Position numbers and translations under genes: made by a program. This document shows, in pieces, positions 61,657 to 64,000 of a DNA stretch of 64,000 nucleotides (positions are counted from its first letter, which is position 1; each line of letters opens with the position of its first letter). The DNA lies in IMG/VR virus record IMGVR_UViG_2799112742_000018, positions 1 to 64,000 of that record. One strand, given 5' to 3'. Origin of the DNA: a virus (Duplodnaviria > Caudoviricetes). The notes under the pieces were generated by a model. That model was not told the origin of the DNA. It worked only from the letters and a program-made list of their open reading frames with translations, and ran no database searches.

Positions 61657-62940
61657 ATGGCAACAAAGTTAGGCGGTTTTAGTACTGGCACTATGGTCAG
61701 CAAGCCAGAGATAAGGGTTCCAATAGATGAATCTGTCTGTGGCATGATATTCGACATAGCAACAAGGGATAATATATTCTCAGGATATTCTAAGGCAAAA
61801 GTATATTTTGAGGATAATCAGGTTCAATGTATCAATAATGTAGATGAAGCCATCAGTCTCGGAATTGCGAAATTCGGAGTACTGAGTGGTGTGCCTTACT
61901 ATCATATTGAGCAGTTCTATAACTATGTCGGACATGATGCTAAACTCTATATTATGTTTGCCGACATAACAAATTCAAGTGTTGAAAATTCACCACTTGA
62001 GATAATGCTTACAGAAAGTAATTGCGAGGTGTTTCAGATTGGTATCTGGACTGAAAGTAACATATTCAATAAGCAAGATGACAATATTGTGTTTTCTGAC
62101 ATAATATCAAATATCCATGCTCAATCTCAGCAAATCAAAGGTACAAGCGAAGCACCGACATCATATCCATCAGCAGTTAATGTAATTGTCTGTGGAGGTC
62201 TCGGTGCTGGGGATCTTCATAAGAGTGACATCAATTATAAGAATCTACCAGATTGTACAGATATGAACTATGAGCTTCTATCTATCATCATCGGTGAATG
62301 CACAAATACTTCTGTCTTACCAATTGCTGATGATGCACAAGTAGGCATGATTGGTCTTGTAATGGGATGTCTTGCCACATGTGGTGCTGAGAATAGTATT
62401 GCCTGTGTAAAGGACTTTAATCTTAACAGAGATGATACATTTGCCAGTGCTAAATTGGGACTGGGAAGTGACGGAACTAATATAACAAATATTAATCGTA
62501 TTCAAGCTTCCATTCTTGCTCTGAAGGGATACATATTCCCAACAACATACGACTCTAAAGAAGGAGCTATATATCTATGCAGTGATAGCACAATGTCTAT
62601 GGGCGATTATGGATCTATTAGCAGTAATCGTATAATTGACAGACTGAGAAGGATCATGCGTAGAGCATTAGTTCCTATGATTAATGGTAGAATCGTTTTT
62701 GAAAAGAGAATGGATACCATATCTCAGGCTTCAATTACTGAGATAAAAAATAACATGAAGGATGCTATTGATACATATATGATAAATACCGAGGGACAGT
62801 CTCAGTTATCTGCTTATGAAATCAATATCAATAGTTATCAGCCAAAGGCTAAGGATGATCAAATTGAAATAGAAATTGCCTTTGCATATCTTGAGAGTGA
62901 AAATGTAATTAGTTTTATTGAACGCTACAATACTAAGTAA
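61657..62940 (+). CDS. Second, divergent tail sheath-like protein
   Basis: Collinear motif matches to 58914-60278 (VCGMIFD, GVPYYH, FQIGIWT, KGYIF, GDYGSISSNRII). Confidence 0.8.
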   Translation: MATKLGGFSTGTMVSKPEIRVPIDESVCGMIFDIATRDNIFSGYSKAKVYFEDNQVQCINNVDEAISLGIAKFGVLSGVPYYHIEQFYNYVGHDAKLYIMFADITNSSVENSPLEIMLTESNCEVFQIGIWTESNIFNKQDDNIVFSDIISNIHAQSQQIKGTSEAPTSYPSAVNVIVCGGLGAGDLHKSDINYKNLPDCTDMNYELLSIIIGECTNTSVLPIADDAQVGMIGLVMGCLATCGAENSIACVKDFNLNRDDTFASAKLGLGSDGTNITNINRIQASILALKGYIFPTTYDSKEGAIYLCSDSTMSMGDYGSISSNRIIDRLRRIMRRALVPMINGRIVFEKRMDTISQASITEIKNNMKDAIDTYMINTEGQSQLSAYEININSYQPKAKDDQIEIEIAFAYLESENVISFIERYNTK

Positions 62941-62942
62941 TT

Positions 62943-64000
62943 ATGGCTGGAATATCACAGACAAAAACATACGGAGTAAGCTATGTTATTAATGGTGATG
63001 CTTCAAAACTTACAAGCGCCTTAACAGGAGCTAAAGAACAGGCTTCCCTTCTCAGTGATGCTCTTAGTGGTGCCCGCACAAACATGCAGGCTTTGTTTGG
63101 ACATGGATCTAATTTAACTGAGTCTTTTGAAAAACTAAATAAATTTTATAGTGAGGCTATAAAAGCGCAGAAGTCAGGACAAAGTAATGCTCTTTCAACC
63201 AGCGCTAAATTATCAGAAGATTTAACTAAAAAAACAAAAGCATTACGAAAGCAACTTGAAAGTAATCCGATAATTTCAGAAAAGGGACTAATTGGTGCTA
63301 ATATTGTTAAGAGTATTCAGAGCCAATTAAATGCTCATAAGTTTGGAATAACGGTAAGTCCAATATTGTCCGCTAATGCACAGGTAACACTTCAGGAACA
63401 ACTAAGCAAGTTGAGCCTAACCGTTAATGTTCAGCCAAACTTTAATAAAGCTAAGGATACTAAAAAAGGCGCTAACGCAGTATCCCCATCTCAGAAGAGA
63501 ACCTACACGTCTCCAACAGCTAAGGCTTCCGCTAATTCTTTGGCTCAAATTAGACAGGAACTTACTCAGCTTCAGAACTACATAAAGGCAAATCCTCTTA
63601 CTGGTAACTTCCGCGTAAACTACGGAGAAAGCCGCACTCAGGTTCAGCGTATTATCGGCAATCTGAGACAATATGCTATGACCAAACCTATCAGGGTTCC
63701 TGTAGAGGTTGTATGGGGTAATGCTGGAGGTCAACTTCAGAATATATTATCAGGTCTTCAGAGTTTTGCTAATGGACATGGCATAAAGACAACGGCAAAA
63801 GTATCAGGAACTGCTACAGGAGGCAGTACAGGTACTGGATCAACACTTACTGATGAACAGAAAAAAGAGTCTGCAATAAGGTCTGCTGCCAGATCTAAAT
63901 GGTCTTCTATGTTGGATAAGCAATTGGGTAATTACTATCCAGGATGGAAAGAAGAGCAGATGGCTAAATATGATAAGTGGGCGGCAAAATTTCCAGGAAT
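62943..64000 (+). CDS. Tape measure protein, N-terminal part (truncated by window end)
   Basis: ATG at 62943, MAGISQTKTYGVSYVINGDASKLTSAL..., helical, position after chaperone/sheath. Confidence 0.65.
   Translation, partial: MAGISQTKTYGVSYVINGDASKLTSALTGAKEQASLLSDALSGARTNMQALFGHGSNLTESFEKLNKFYSEAIKAQKSGQSNALSTSAKLSEDLTKKTKALRKQLESNPIISEKGLIGANIVKSIQSQLNAHKFGITVSPILSANAQVTLQEQLSKLSLTVNVQPNFNKAKDTKKGANAVSPSQKRTYTSPTAKASANSLAQIRQELTQLQNYIKANPLTGNFRVNYGESRTQVQRIIGNLRQYAMTKPIRVPVEVVWGNAGGQLQNILSGLQSFANGHGIKTTAKVSGTATGGSTGTGSTLTDEQKKESAIRSAARSKWSSMLDKQLGNYYPGWKEEQMAKYDKWAAKFPG

Larger units (their letters stand above)
178..64000. mobile_element. Large Bacteroidales prophage with contractile tail; right end beyond the window
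   Basis: tRNA + integrase boundary, terminase, portal, MuF, Clp protease, capsid, sheath, tube, tape measure; no host housekeeping genes after position 180. Confidence 0.9.

Noticed and set aside
178-64000. Alternative genetic code (stop-codon reassignment as in some gut phages)
   Set aside because: Genes are intact under the standard code, and TAG, TGA and TAA all serve as normal stops

Overview
The window is the left ~64 kb of a large Bacteroidales (Prevotella-like) temperate myovirus prophage. It starts at a tRNA-Ser(GCT) followed by a tyrosine integrase. A long leftward (minus-strand) arm runs from 1.7 to 39.4 kb. It carries a DUF5675 enzyme, TerS, an intein-containing TerL, HU, a ThyX-like protein, RNase H and dozens of small early/accessory genes. 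A ~1.9 kb non-coding, strand-skewed switch region follows (39.4-41.2 kb), then a mixed replication/lysis/dUTPase block, and a rightward head and contractile-tail module (52.3 kb onward) that runs off the window in the tape-measure gene. Top finding: a stand-alone reverse transcriptase (29955-31214, YSDD) whose motifs do not match retron, DGR or group II intron RTs. Downstream on the same strand are seven sequence-diverse but structurally equivalent ~125-165 nt hairpin units in two arrays (4+3), interleaved with two unknown genes. All seven share ARATCW-N6-TAHAGY at identical spacing and a terminal stem with a purine bulge, so this is a candidate multi-template cDNA-hairpin-producing system. 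Other notable items: a portal-MuF -1 frameshift with a canonical slippery heptamer and H-type pseudoknot, a family of promoter-plus-GNRA-terminator small RNAs antisense to start-codon-like sequences, a phage-specific CTATTAT promoter motif, a class 3 intein, duplicated sheath genes, tRNA-like mini elements and strong Shine-Dalgarno use in the early genes. All family calls come from motif recognition by eye; no searches were run.
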